A DNA stretch of 64,000 nt from Candidatus Poribacteria bacterium (lineage in GTDB: Bacteria > Poribacteria > WGA-4E > WGA-3G). Below the pieces are notes generated by a model, which worked only from the letters and a program-made list of their open reading frames with translations, had not been told where the DNA came from and ran no database searches. Location: contig OZ243938.1 in assembly GCA_965214095.1 (NCBI GenBank), forward strand, positions 2,976,001 to 3,040,000, written 5' to 3'. Of this stretch, positions 1-9,600 are shown in pieces. Every line of letters begins with the position of its first letter. Positions within the stretch are counted from its first letter, which is position 1. The translations under genes were made by a program, and so were the position numbers.

Positions 1-357
1 GCGGCGTTCCCAAGTTTTGACATCCCATAGATAGACAAAACCATCTTGACTTCCTCCAACCATAGTATCTCCATCCAAACTGAATGCAACACTATTAATA
101 TGACCTCCAGTTCCCGTGATTAATGTGATCTCCTGATATGTAGCCATATCATATATCCAGATACCGATACTTGCCGCCACTGCCAAATACTTACCATTCG
201 GGGAATATGCAATCTCGTTTATAATACCTTTCCCGAGACGCGCAATTGCTCCCTCCGGCAAATTCATACGTGTAGTGTCAGCAGCAAATGTATTGAGTGG
301 TAAGAACATTGGGTGAATAATGAACGTTATGAATAAAAGGATGGTGATTCTCTTCAT
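1..357 (-). CDS. Secreted WD40-repeat protein, 3'-truncated by the window edge
   Basis: Not in the ORF track; hand translation from ATG at 357 gives MKRITILLFITFIIHPMFLPLNTFA (signal peptide), LPEGAIARLGKG, then IAYSPNGKYLAVA and GHINSVAFSLDGDTMVGGSQDGFVYLWDV (WD40). Confidence 0.85.
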   Translation of the reverse strand, partial: MKRITILLFITFIIHPMFLPLNTFAADTTRMNLPEGAIARLGKGIINEIAYSPNGKYLAVAASIGIWIYDMATYQEITLITGTGGHINSVAFSLDGDTMVGGSQDGFVYLWDVKTWERR

Positions 358-390
358 GTGAGAAGTCTCATAAACTACACTAATTTTGTC

Positions 391-1299
391 TTAACCCTTA
401 TAGGCATAAGCACGGTGCTGAATCCGTAAATCAAAGTTATCATCCGGATCCCACGTCAACATATCGGAGGGCACTTCGTAAGTGAACTGTTCGGTGTCCG
501 AGGAATATGGATTAGTACTACGTTCATGCAATGCACGTTGATACATTTTGCAACGTTGTGTCAAGAACTCAGTCTGCCACCACTTGTAATGAGTGTTCCA
601 TCTCGGTGTCCGCTGGTCAAAGTAAATGACGCGACGGAGTGAGTCACTTTCATTGATTTTACTGCCATGCAAGACTTTCGTATGGTGCAGCAGAATATCA
701 CCCGGTTCCACTTCAGCAGGCACAGCATCTGGACGATCAAAGTTCTCCATCCCCTTGTCAATTTCTTCCTGTGCTTCTTCAATTCCCCACAGATGACTTT
801 TCGGTATCACCCATACACATCCGTTGTCCACTGTAGAATGATCAATGTATATATCAACGTTAAAGATCGGATGATTTTCTCGTATAGCATTGCCATCACG
901 GTGCCATCGGACAGAGGATCCGTGTTTCGGCAACTTGAAGACAAGCGATTCGTAACACGGAATAAAATCGGGACCAATAATACGGTGCAGTAAGTCTCCG
1001 ATGAAGGGGTGACCAAGTAATCGGAGAGAAAATTCGTTTGGATGTGAATGTAGATAGGTAAGATAGTAAGGAATACCTTCGGGACCCCGCATGCACCATT
1101 CGTCTGCAGGACCACCATCTAAAATCTCATCAATCAGTCGTTGGCTTTCACCTTGTATAACAGCAAGTTCATCTGGTTGGATAACCTGTTTAAGAATAAG
1201 ATATCCGTTATCGTTGAAGAATTGTATTTCGTCATCAGTAATTTGTCGCATAGAGTTAATTACCTTATCAATTACGTGAGCAGTAAAAATGCTGCTCAC
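391..1299 (-). CDS. Phytanoyl-CoA dioxygenase (PhyH) family Fe(II)/2-oxoglutarate dioxygenase; true start probably ATG 1251 (MRQITDDEIQFF)
   Basis: FFNDNGYLIL N-terminus, WHRD (HxD), NGCVWVIPKSH, GDILLHH, distal His in VLHGS, RRVIY. Confidence 0.9.
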   Translation of the reverse strand: MSSIFTAHVIDKVINSMRQITDDEIQFFNDNGYLILKQVIQPDELAVIQGESQRLIDEILDGGPADEWCMRGPEGIPYYLTYLHSHPNEFSLRLLGHPFIGDLLHRIIGPDFIPCYESLVFKLPKHGSSVRWHRDGNAIRENHPIFNVDIYIDHSTVDNGCVWVIPKSHLWGIEEAQEEIDKGMENFDRPDAVPAEVEPGDILLHHTKVLHGSKINESDSLRRVIYFDQRTPRWNTHYKWWQTEFLTQRCKMYQRALHERSTNPYSSDTEQFTYEVPSDMLTWDPDDNFDLRIQHRAYAYKG

Positions 1300-1309
1300 A
1301 CTTATATTA

Positions 1310-1421
1310 TACCATTTCTATAAATGTTTATCCCATTAACATTTGTTAAGAATGTCTTGAAGGACTGCACAAACTGGCAGTTTATGCTACAAAAATGCGG
1401 CGTTTTCTATTAGAGATGGTA
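1310..1421. mobile_element. 112-bp MITE family A, copy 1
   Basis: TIR TACCATTTCTA/TAGAGATGGTA, flanked by TTA...TTA; near-identical to three other copies. Confidence 0.85.
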
Positions 1422-2177
1422 TTATTTTCTCGATTTTATTTTTGCCCAAGTAGTCGTTAATTTGTCCTGTGCTTCCACAGCAAGTGCTTCATCCATGTGT
1501 CGCTTCACTTCCGCTTCAGTGAGTGCAACACTCCACATCTTCACTTCATCAACCGTTCCATTGAAAAAGTTGCTATTTCCACCATTCGCAGCTATGGACA
1601 TACCGTTAGCAGAGAAATCCATACGGGCAGCACCTCCAGAATCACCCTCCGCGTCCTTTACACCATCAAGATACAGTGTAGCTTTATTCTGATCCTGCGT
1701 TACCACAAGGTAATACCATTGTGGTTCAAAAGCATCGTAAGAGGATAATATTTCAAATTCAGCTGCCTTTGTACCAAGGTAGCATCCGAACAACACTGCA
1801 TTACGGTTGAACGTAAGATGTGGACGTCCACCACCATTAGCGCGATACATCAGATCTATTCTGCCTCCACCTACTATTCTTTCCGTAGGTTTGAACCACA
1901 TCTCAATTGTCATATCATCAGGTTCATCTAAGTTAAATGCTGGCACGGTAACCGCACCGTTATTGAATTTTAGGGCTTGTTCAACTATTCCTTCCACCCA
2001 TTCACCATTCTTGATAGTGCCTTCAAGCTTATTTTCTGATACGTCTTCTGTGGTGTCTCCATTACCTTCATCAAAAGAGAAATGGAAGATAATATCCTCA
2101 GCAGGATTTGCAGCATACCCAGTTGAATAGCAAAGTATAAGTGTTATTATTGTGAATAAACAAATTACATTTTTCAT
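1422..2177 (-). CDS. Secreted LamG/concanavalin A-like lectin domain protein with C-terminal AVEAQDKLTTTWAKIK motif
   Basis: Signal peptide; FSFDEGNG, MTIEMWFK, WYYLVVT, LYLDG, FNGTVDEVKMWSVALT; GGAGG SD upstream. Confidence 0.9.
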   Translation of the reverse strand: MKNVICLFTIITLILCYSTGYAANPAEDIIFHFSFDEGNGDTTEDVSENKLEGTIKNGEWVEGIVEQALKFNNGAVTVPAFNLDEPDDMTIEMWFKPTERIVGGGRIDLMYRANGGGRPHLTFNRNAVLFGCYLGTKAAEFEILSSYDAFEPQWYYLVVTQDQNKATLYLDGVKDAEGDSGGAARMDFSANGMSIAANGGNSNFFNGTVDEVKMWSVALTEAEVKRHMDEALAVEAQDKLTTTWAKIKSRK

Positions 2178-2213
2178 TGTATTTTCCTCCGAAATGTTAA
2201 TTTGAGTAACATT

Positions 2214-2242
2214 ATTTTACATAATACAGTGTTTTATGTCAA
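2214..2242 (-). promoter_or_regulatory. sigma70-type promoter of the LamG gene
   Basis: Minus strand TTGACA-17 bp-TAAAAT, 37 bp upstream of the ATG. Confidence 0.65.
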
Positions 2243-2322
2243 CTTCAGAGCAGTAAAAATGGGGTTATTTAGTTTTAATAAATTATCAACATCAGGATTT
2301 ACTGAAAGTTAATACTCAAAGC

Positions 2323-2420
2323 GGTAGGTGCGGTTTCCTAACCGCACCGAAACCTGTGAGAAAACCTATTATGAAAGGTGTTTGACACAAATCCGGTGCG
2401 GTTAGGAAACCGCACCTACC
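2323..2420. repeat. GTAG-type REP doublet (REPIN-like)
   Basis: Perfect 27-bp inverted repeat GGTAGGTGCGGTTTCCTAACCGCACCG (2323-2349 / 2394-2420); each arm is itself a hairpin. Confidence 0.85.
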
Positions 2421-2438
2421 TGCTTGGGGAATTTAGCA

Positions 2439-2586
2439 TTTGTCTGAACCAGGATTTGCAGGATTAGTAGATTTCTAGGATAAGAGTTTGAAACATCAAA
2501 GTGATAGTCAGAGAATAAACGTCAAACTGCGAATAGGAACTTTGGAAATCCAAACTCATAATCCTGCAAATCCTGGTTCAGACAAA
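2439..2586. repeat. 148-bp element with perfect 28-bp terminal inverted repeats
   Basis: TTTGTCTGAACCAGGATTTGCAGGATTA at 2439-2466 and its reverse complement at 2559-2586. Confidence 0.8.
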
Positions 2587-2677
2587 AAGGAATACAAACC
2601 CACAACAAAATAACGTTTGTGAATGATAATGAACAAAAATCCCAAAACTATATAACCCTGCATTCTGCTTTTCTATC

Positions 2678-2706
2678 TTGATATATACGCCAAGACCTGC
2701 TATAAT
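2678..2706 (+). promoter_or_regulatory. sigma70-type promoter with extended -10 for the vWA gene
   Basis: TTGATA-17 bp-TATAAT with TGn before the -10; GAGG SD before ATG 2746. Confidence 0.7.
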
Positions 2707-2745
2707 GTTCTTAATGAAATTCCAAAAATAGCAAGAGGAAAGATC

Positions 2746-4954
2746 ATGAAACGTTTCCAAACCAAACAACGATCACTAAATGCATGTCTGATAGCCGCGA
2801 TTGTACATCTCTGCCTCGCTATTCTACTTACCTTCTTCTATTACAGTCATCTTAGTCATGAAATTGATGATGTTGTTGGGATAGAATTTGTAGAAATGGA
2901 AGAAACATTAAGAAAACACCGCACGATAAAACGTCCACCAAAGAAAAATCCAACGCAAGAATCAAAAAACATCTCTGAATACCGACCACAACATAAGGCA
3001 CTGTCAGCTTCTGCCAATTTATTTGATGAGACTGTGCGTCCATCAGAAAAAATACTCACACATAGTGCCACTGAAACTGTATCTAATACCACAGAACTCC
3101 CCGACGTAACAACGCAGTCAAAACACCTAAATAGTCGTGCTGCTGCAATTGCTAAATCCGTTCAAAGTCCTTATGAAATAACATCTGGTAAAGGAAAGGA
3201 AAACCTTAGACAACGTGTTAAAGGGGATGGAGAAAGTGGATTCCATCGGCTTGAGTCCAAAGGAGCATCTGAAATAGGGGGTATTGGTGATGGATTAGGA
3301 CAAGATGGAAGCGACGGTGGAGATGGAACAGGAGATGGTGGTGGTGGGAAGAATCCTTTTGGGGATGCACTAAAACAGATCGCAGATCATATTATCAGCA
3401 CACGTACAACTGACAAGGTGAATATCGTTTTTGTGGTTGATACCAGCGCGAGTATGCGTGACAACATACAACAGGTCGCAGATAATCTGTATACAATGAC
3501 AGATGCGTTTGACACAATCAACCTTGAATACTATTTAGGCATGGCCGAATTCAGTGTCCGTCGAGAAGGGCAAGAGATTAAAACGCGTGCATTATTACCC
3601 GATGTCGCACTCCTGAGAAGACGGATGAAGGAAGTAAAATTGAGTGGAGATGAAAATGCTCTTGACGCACTCTTTGAAACTTTTAACTTTATTCAATTTC
3701 ATGCGGATGCAGATAAACATTTGATTCTCGTCACTGATGAACCAGCTTCTACCAGTTACAGAGCAGAAGGTGGAAAGGATACCATGCGAAATAAAGTGAT
3801 CGATCAAGCTAAATTTGAGGATACACGTGTCAATGTACTCGGACATCCTGAACCCTTTCAACAAAATTTAGCAGAAGTCACTGGCGGTATATGGCAAGCA
3901 ATTCCAGGTAGTGAATACAATCCTGCTGCACTCCCAAGCAATCGTGCAGGAAACCAAAAGTTTTTGAAAGTTTTCAGGGATATTGCTGTTGATATACGGA
4001 AATCTGGGGGCAGATCACTATTCAGTCTTGACCTAAAGTTCACAATTGACTTGGAAGATGGTGAATTTTCCGTAGATCAAATAAAGAAAGTCGTCCGAGA
4101 CAACGGGTTGGATTTCAAGCCACAACTGTTCCTATCCGAAAATGTCAAAATCCTAAACAATCCTGTCAGTGAGTTATGGGTTATTGCTGACCACGAGAAC
4201 GGAGAAATGTTCACTATCAACAGAGATGACACAAAATTATATGTCTATGATGGGGTTTTGCCTGAACAGTGGAGTTTGGATGAAGACGCAATTGCACGCA
4301 CACAAACACAAGGAAAAAGATGGGTACTCACCAATCTGGCAAAAAACCAAGTCTATACTTTCATCAGAGGAAACGACCACATGCAGGTGTTTGCGGGAGG
4401 ACAACCCGGTTCAGCTTCAAACCCCAATGCAGAACCCATTGTAGATATTATGATAATGTTAGATTACAGCAGAAGTATGGGTGGAAAGTCACAAGCGATC
4501 ATGCTTGGATTAAGCACGCTTCTTGGAAGATTAGATATATTTCCACTTAAGTATAGAGTCGGACTTATGAGATTTGCAGAAGCAAAAGACGCAATAAAGA
4601 CTATTGACGGTGTTGTTGTCAGTCAAATGCCACTTAACGAAATCGTCATTGAAACCCTAATGGAAGACCCGTTTGGTGGAGATGAACATCTGATTGATGC
4701 TATCGTGGAAGGGTCTACCTCAGGTGAAATTTAGTCCTTACGCAAAGCGATTCCTACTAATTTTGACAGATGAACCGACAACCGGCAAGTATCCTGCTGA
4801 ACAAGCATTGAAGACGTGTAAATCTTATGGCACTATGGTGTATGTTGTAGGTCATCCACAGGAAGATGACTTTCAAACGAAACTCGCGAAAGAGACCAAA
4901 GGACTTTTTTTCACTATGCCAAGACACCTGGATAAGGATTACCTGAATCAGTAA
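2746..4954 (+). pseudogene. Membrane-anchored double von Willebrand factor A domain protein, split by a +1 frameshift at GGG 4711-4713 (ORFs 2746-4734 and 4694-4954); may be an assembly error
   Basis: N-terminal TM helix, Gly-rich linker, two MIDAS motifs (DTSASM, DYSRSM); removing one G gives IVEGLPQVKFSPYAKRFLLILTDE and completes the second vWA (~735 aa). Confidence 0.8.
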
Positions 4955-5004
4955 TTATGATACCATTTTTTATTGATAGTATTTCATTAACAAGAAACAA
5001 GTTA

Positions 5005-5116
5005 TACCATTTCTATAAATGTTTATCCCATTAACATTTGTTAAGAATATCTTGAAGGACTGCACAAACTGGCAGTTTGTGCTACAAAAATGTGGTGTTT
5101 TCTATTAGAAATGGTA
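5005..5116. mobile_element. 112-bp MITE family A, copy 2
   Basis: TIR TACCATTTCTA/TAGAAATGGTA; TTA...TTA flanks. Confidence 0.85.
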
Positions 5117-5119
5117 TTA

Positions 5120-5142
5120 GTAGTCGCGCAATTCATTGCGCC
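5120..5142 (+). repeat. GTAG-type REP hairpin
   Basis: GTAGTCGCGCAATTCATTGCGCC; related copy at 45676-45696. Confidence 0.6.
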
Positions 5143-5225
5143 TCTTATATTCTTTGCCACCGTGCAAACCTATAATCTAATAATGAGATATTTTTTCAGA
5201 AATAGTATAAGAAACGAGGAATTTA

Positions 5226-5744
5226 ATGGCAACATCTACAAGCACACAACAACATAGAGAAATCGCAGCGGAACAGGGTCCTGTTTCTGTTGCGATTGTA
5301 ACAGTCAGCGACTCACGCACACCAGAAACAGACACAAACGCTGCTTTTCTACGCGAACAACTTGAGGCAGATGGAAATAGCGTAACTGCATATCAGATCA
5401 TAAAAGACGAACCTGACCAAGTGTCTGATGTATTGGACACAATGGCAGAAACTGACGCGCAGATAGTTATCTTCAACGGTGGCACAGGTATTGCACCACG
5501 CGATACAACCTTTGATGTTCTCGATCGCAAATTAGAAAAGACATTGCCAGGTTTCGGTGAACTTTTTCGCATGTTCAGTTACGACCAAGTTGGTGCTGCT
5601 GCGATGTTGTCACGTGCAACGGCAGGTGTCTATAAAGGGAAAGTGGTTATCTCCACACCAGGATCAAACGCTGCTGTGCGGTTAGCGTGGGAAAAACTTA
5701 TTGGTCCAGAACTTGAACATCTGGCTTGGGAAGTTGGGCGATAG
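5226..5744 (+). CDS. moaB: Molybdenum cofactor biosynthesis protein B (MoaB/MogA family)
   Basis: [51 protein letters not shown]. Confidence 0.93.
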   Translation: MATSTSTQQHREIAAEQGPVSVAIVTVSDSRTPETDTNAAFLREQLEADGNSVTAYQIIKDEPDQVSDVLDTMAETDAQIVIFNGGTGIAPRDTTFDVLDRKLEKTLPGFGELFRMFSYDQVGAAAMLSRATAGVYKGKVVISTPGSNAAVRLAWEKLIGPELEHLAWEVGR

Positions 5745-5752
5745 TCTATAGA

Positions 5753-6610
5753 CTATAACATCTCGCGTGTAAAGGTATATATTTCTCGCAACCACGATCC
5801 ATAATAAATCCCGTTCGCATAACAGAAATAGATAACTTTCAAACCAACAACACAGATCAAACAGAGAGATAACAACGTAAGCAGACTATAATCCAATCCC
5901 TTCATCTGTGAAGTGCGTAATGATGTCCGCTGTGTCGCAGTTTTCGGTGAAAATCCACGACTTTCAACCGATTCACCAAGGTTTGTCGCGTGCCGTATGT
6001 TTCCTGCCAATATAGGACGAAAACTATTGATGACACCCCGCACAGATGCAAATAGATTGAACCGTAGATAACGGAATCCTCTCAATCTCTGTGAACGCAG
6101 GACAGCAATGGCTTCAGAAGCAATCACTGGAATGAAATGTAATGCAGTTGTTACCATAAAAGCAAGTGCACCCGGCACGCGCAATTGTGACAATGCAAGC
6201 AGCAGATCACGCGGTTGTGTTGTCCACACAATGTAGCATCCTATCACAAGCGTGGTATTGAAACGTAGTGATTGAATGATACCGTGATACAATCCCTCAC
6301 GATAAATTTGAATACCACCTGTCCACTTACCGATGAGCGGAAAATCAGCGGGAACGAGTGTAAGCAAAACTGTGCGGGGAAATGCGTTATAGAATATGCC
6401 TTGACTGTATATCAGTCCCCATGTAGTAAAGAAAAGGAATATCAGCAATAATCTAATCTGCTTAAGGGTAGGGATAGAAGATGCAACGAGGAGGATACTT
6501 GCCAGAAAGCAAACTAATAATGCGGATGGACTGTCCAGCAAAATAACAAGACAACCGCATATCATCACGATGAGTATTTTTGTCCGCGCTTCCAGTTTAA
6601 GATTCTGCAT
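5753..6610 (-). CDS. ecfT: ECF transporter transmembrane component T (EcfT/CbiQ family)
   Basis: Multiple TM helices; TTQPRDLLLAL, ALHFIPVI, SQRLRG and ESRGF coupling motifs. Confidence 0.88.
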   Translation of the reverse strand: MQNLKLEARTKILIVMICGCLVILLDSPSALLVCFLASILLVASSIPTLKQIRLLLIFLFFTTWGLIYSQGIFYNAFPRTVLLTLVPADFPLIGKWTGGIQIYREGLYHGIIQSLRFNTTLVIGCYIVWTTQPRDLLLALSQLRVPGALAFMVTTALHFIPVIASEAIAVLRSQRLRGFRYLRFNLFASVRGVINSFRPILAGNIRHATNLGESVESRGFSPKTATQRTSLRTSQMKGLDYSLLTLLSLCLICVVGLKVIYFCYANGIYYGSWLREIYTFTREML

Positions 6611-6620
6611 TGTCTGCCTT

Positions 6621-9600
6621 CTATTTCCGTATCAACATCTTTCGTGTTGATGTGTATTCTCCAGCGGTTAGGGTGTAGAGGTAGATTCCGCTTGCGACGC
6701 GTTCACCTTGTGCGTTGCGACCATCCCAATACGCTGCACGAGACTGATGTTCATAGATACCAGCCTGTCTATGTCCCAACGCCAATGTCTGTACTAGCGC
6801 ACCGTCAATGGCATAGATATGCAGCGTGACTTCAGCAGGTTTTGCTAAGTGATACGGTATCCACGTCTCAGGATTGAACGGATTTGGATAGTTTGCTAAG
6901 AGTGCGGTTTTTTTCGGTAGTAAGGTTTCAAGCAGTTGCTCAAGCACACCAATTCCTCTCAGGAAGGTTGTATCTTTGTTGGTGAGTTGTTTCGCTTCAT
7001 CAATCCATCTTTTTAGATTCTCTGCAGTCATTACTGCTGCTGGTGCTGTAGGTGCGTTTTCTAATGCTGCCATGACCAATGCTAAATCATCACTATTGAT
7101 AACTCCATCTCCGTTTACGTCTGGATTTGGGTATGTGCCTTCGGGTGGAGTAGTGCCGATGGTTGCAGCAACTAATACGAGATCCATCACATCTACGACT
7201 CCATCAACATTGACATCTTCTGTGACATGGTTTTCTGGCAAGACGGCTCTTGCTGTGAAGGTAAGTTGAGAATTAATACCTTCTGCAGTCACATTAACAG
7301 TGATTATGCCAAGTTTCCATCCAAATCGGAGAAAAGTTTGTGCTCTACCGTCTGCATCGGTCATAATGGTGGTATCAGTCAGTTCTGCATCACCATCGGT
7401 TATAGAAAATGTAACCTTCACTCCCTCTTTTGGCTTCCCGTTAGCATCACGATATTCCACAACAAAGGGTGAAGGCAGTGTCCTCCCCACGAGTTCTTCC
7501 TGTTTATCACCAGATATCAGATGGAATTCTGGGTGAGTAATATTATCAAAAGATACTACAATTCCTCTTTCCTGCATAGCAGGGATGTGTGTGCGTATTG
7601 AATCATTATTCAGTGGATTGTTTCTAATATCTAGCCCCGTGCTATTCCACTGTGTTCCTGTAAGGTTTAATTTCACCAGGGGTGATACATCCGAGATGTT
7701 GTTGTTGTCTAGAAGCAAGGTATCTAGTTGTGTCATGCCTTGCAAAGGGGACACATCCGAGATGTTGTTGCTGGATAGTCTCAACTGAATCAGTTGTGTC
7801 ATGCCTTGCAAGGGGGACACATCCGAGATGTTGTTATTTATAAGTAATAAAACTTCTATATTTATGAGTTTTATGAATGCAGATATATCTAATATGATAT
7901 TATTACTAAGTTCTAACCACACAAGTTGTGTAAGTCCGGCAAGTGGAGATACATCAGAGATAGAATTACTTGCCAGAGCTAATTGTGTTAATTGTGTCAT
8001 CCCAGCAAGTGGCGAAATGTCGGATATTTTATTGCGGCGTAGCCCCAAACTTGTGAGTTGTGTAAGTTCTTTGAGTGGTGAAATATCCGAGATATTGTTG
8101 CTGTCTAAACTCAGATTTGTGAGTTGTGTAAGTTCTGCCAGTGATGTAATATCCGAGATAGAATTACCTCCCAGATTTAATTGTGTTAATTGTGTCATGC
8201 CAGCAAGTGGTGAAATATCCGATATGTTGTTATTTATAAGTGATAAAACTTCTAGATTTATGAGTTTTATGAATGCAGATATATCAGATATTGAATTGTG
8301 AGAAAGGTTAAGGGTTTTCAACTGAGTAAGTGCATTTAGTGGTGATGAATTTGATATAGAATTGCTTGTAAGATCCAGATAAGTCAGATGCGTAAGCTTG
8401 GCAATTTCGGATAAGTTGAGTTGTGAACTATAGGCTACATTAAGGTAAACTAATTGTGTCAGAGATTGAAGCGGCGAAAAGTCAGTTACGCGATTGTTAT
8501 TGACCCAACCTTGTCCATTTATGTATTCAGCACCAAGTATAAGAGCTGTGAGGTTATAGGCATACTCAAGTCCAGTCAGGTCCTGAACATTAGAATTTGG
8601 CATATATAGATAGGTTAAGTTTATCATGTCTCCCGCAGTTACCTCCGCATTCGCGGGTAAGTTCAAAGTTCCCTTAATCTTGGCGAGAAGATTCTTATCT
8701 GGTATTTGAACAACTTGCTTAGTGTCAAATCCTGTAATAGTAAAATCTAAAGCGTGGGGGATTTCCTTAACTTGCGCTCGAACTTTGTTTTCACCCGGGG
8801 TTGAACCTATCTTAAACCCACTATGAGCATTACCGCTATGGTTAGTCACACTCTCAACCTTGTATGGACTACCACCGATGGGGGTCAAGGTAAGTGTAAC
8901 AGGTACACCAGCAAATGCAATGCCGTTCTCATCTAATACACTTACGTAGACCACAGCATTACCACCTATTGCGTGCCGAGAAGCAGATTCATTTTGTATT
9001 TCAGTAGGGATCCGGTTTTCGAACGATACAGATGTTCCGTGCGTCTGTAGAAGAGGAATATGTGTATTGAGTGAAGCATAATTCAGTAGATTACCGCTTA
9101 GATTAAGTGTTTTTAATTTGAGTAACTGTGTAAGGGTTGAAACATCACTAACGTCATTATTCTGAAGTGACAATGTATCTAATACTGTGAGTTGACCAAG
9201 TGCTGTAACATCTGACAATTGATTGTTGTTGAGTGACACTGTTCTCAATTTCGTCAATTCTGCAAGTCGTTCTACATCAGTGATGCTATTATTGTTGAGG
9301 TATAGGGTAGTAAGATTTGAAGCATACTCTAATCCTGTAAGATCGTTGATGTTTGCATCGTTTGCCTTGAGTCGTGTCAATGTCAACATATCTCCGACTG
9401 TGACACTCTCATTGATAGGTTTTCCAAGTGTTTCAGTTATATTTGTATGAAGGTTTTTATTTGGAATATTCACGGTCAAATCAATCGAAATAGCAGTAGC
9501 AGTAAAGGTTACGGGTTCCTCAATATGTACAGCGGTGACTTTGACAGTCGCATCTCCCTGTTCTTCTCCAAATGTTAAGTATCCTTGTGCTCTCCCTTTT

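Noticed and set aside
6990-7230. Dockerin-like repeats as evidence of a cellulosome
   Set aside because: No cohesin or glycoside hydrolase is in the window, and such EF-hand pairs are widespread outside cellulosomes
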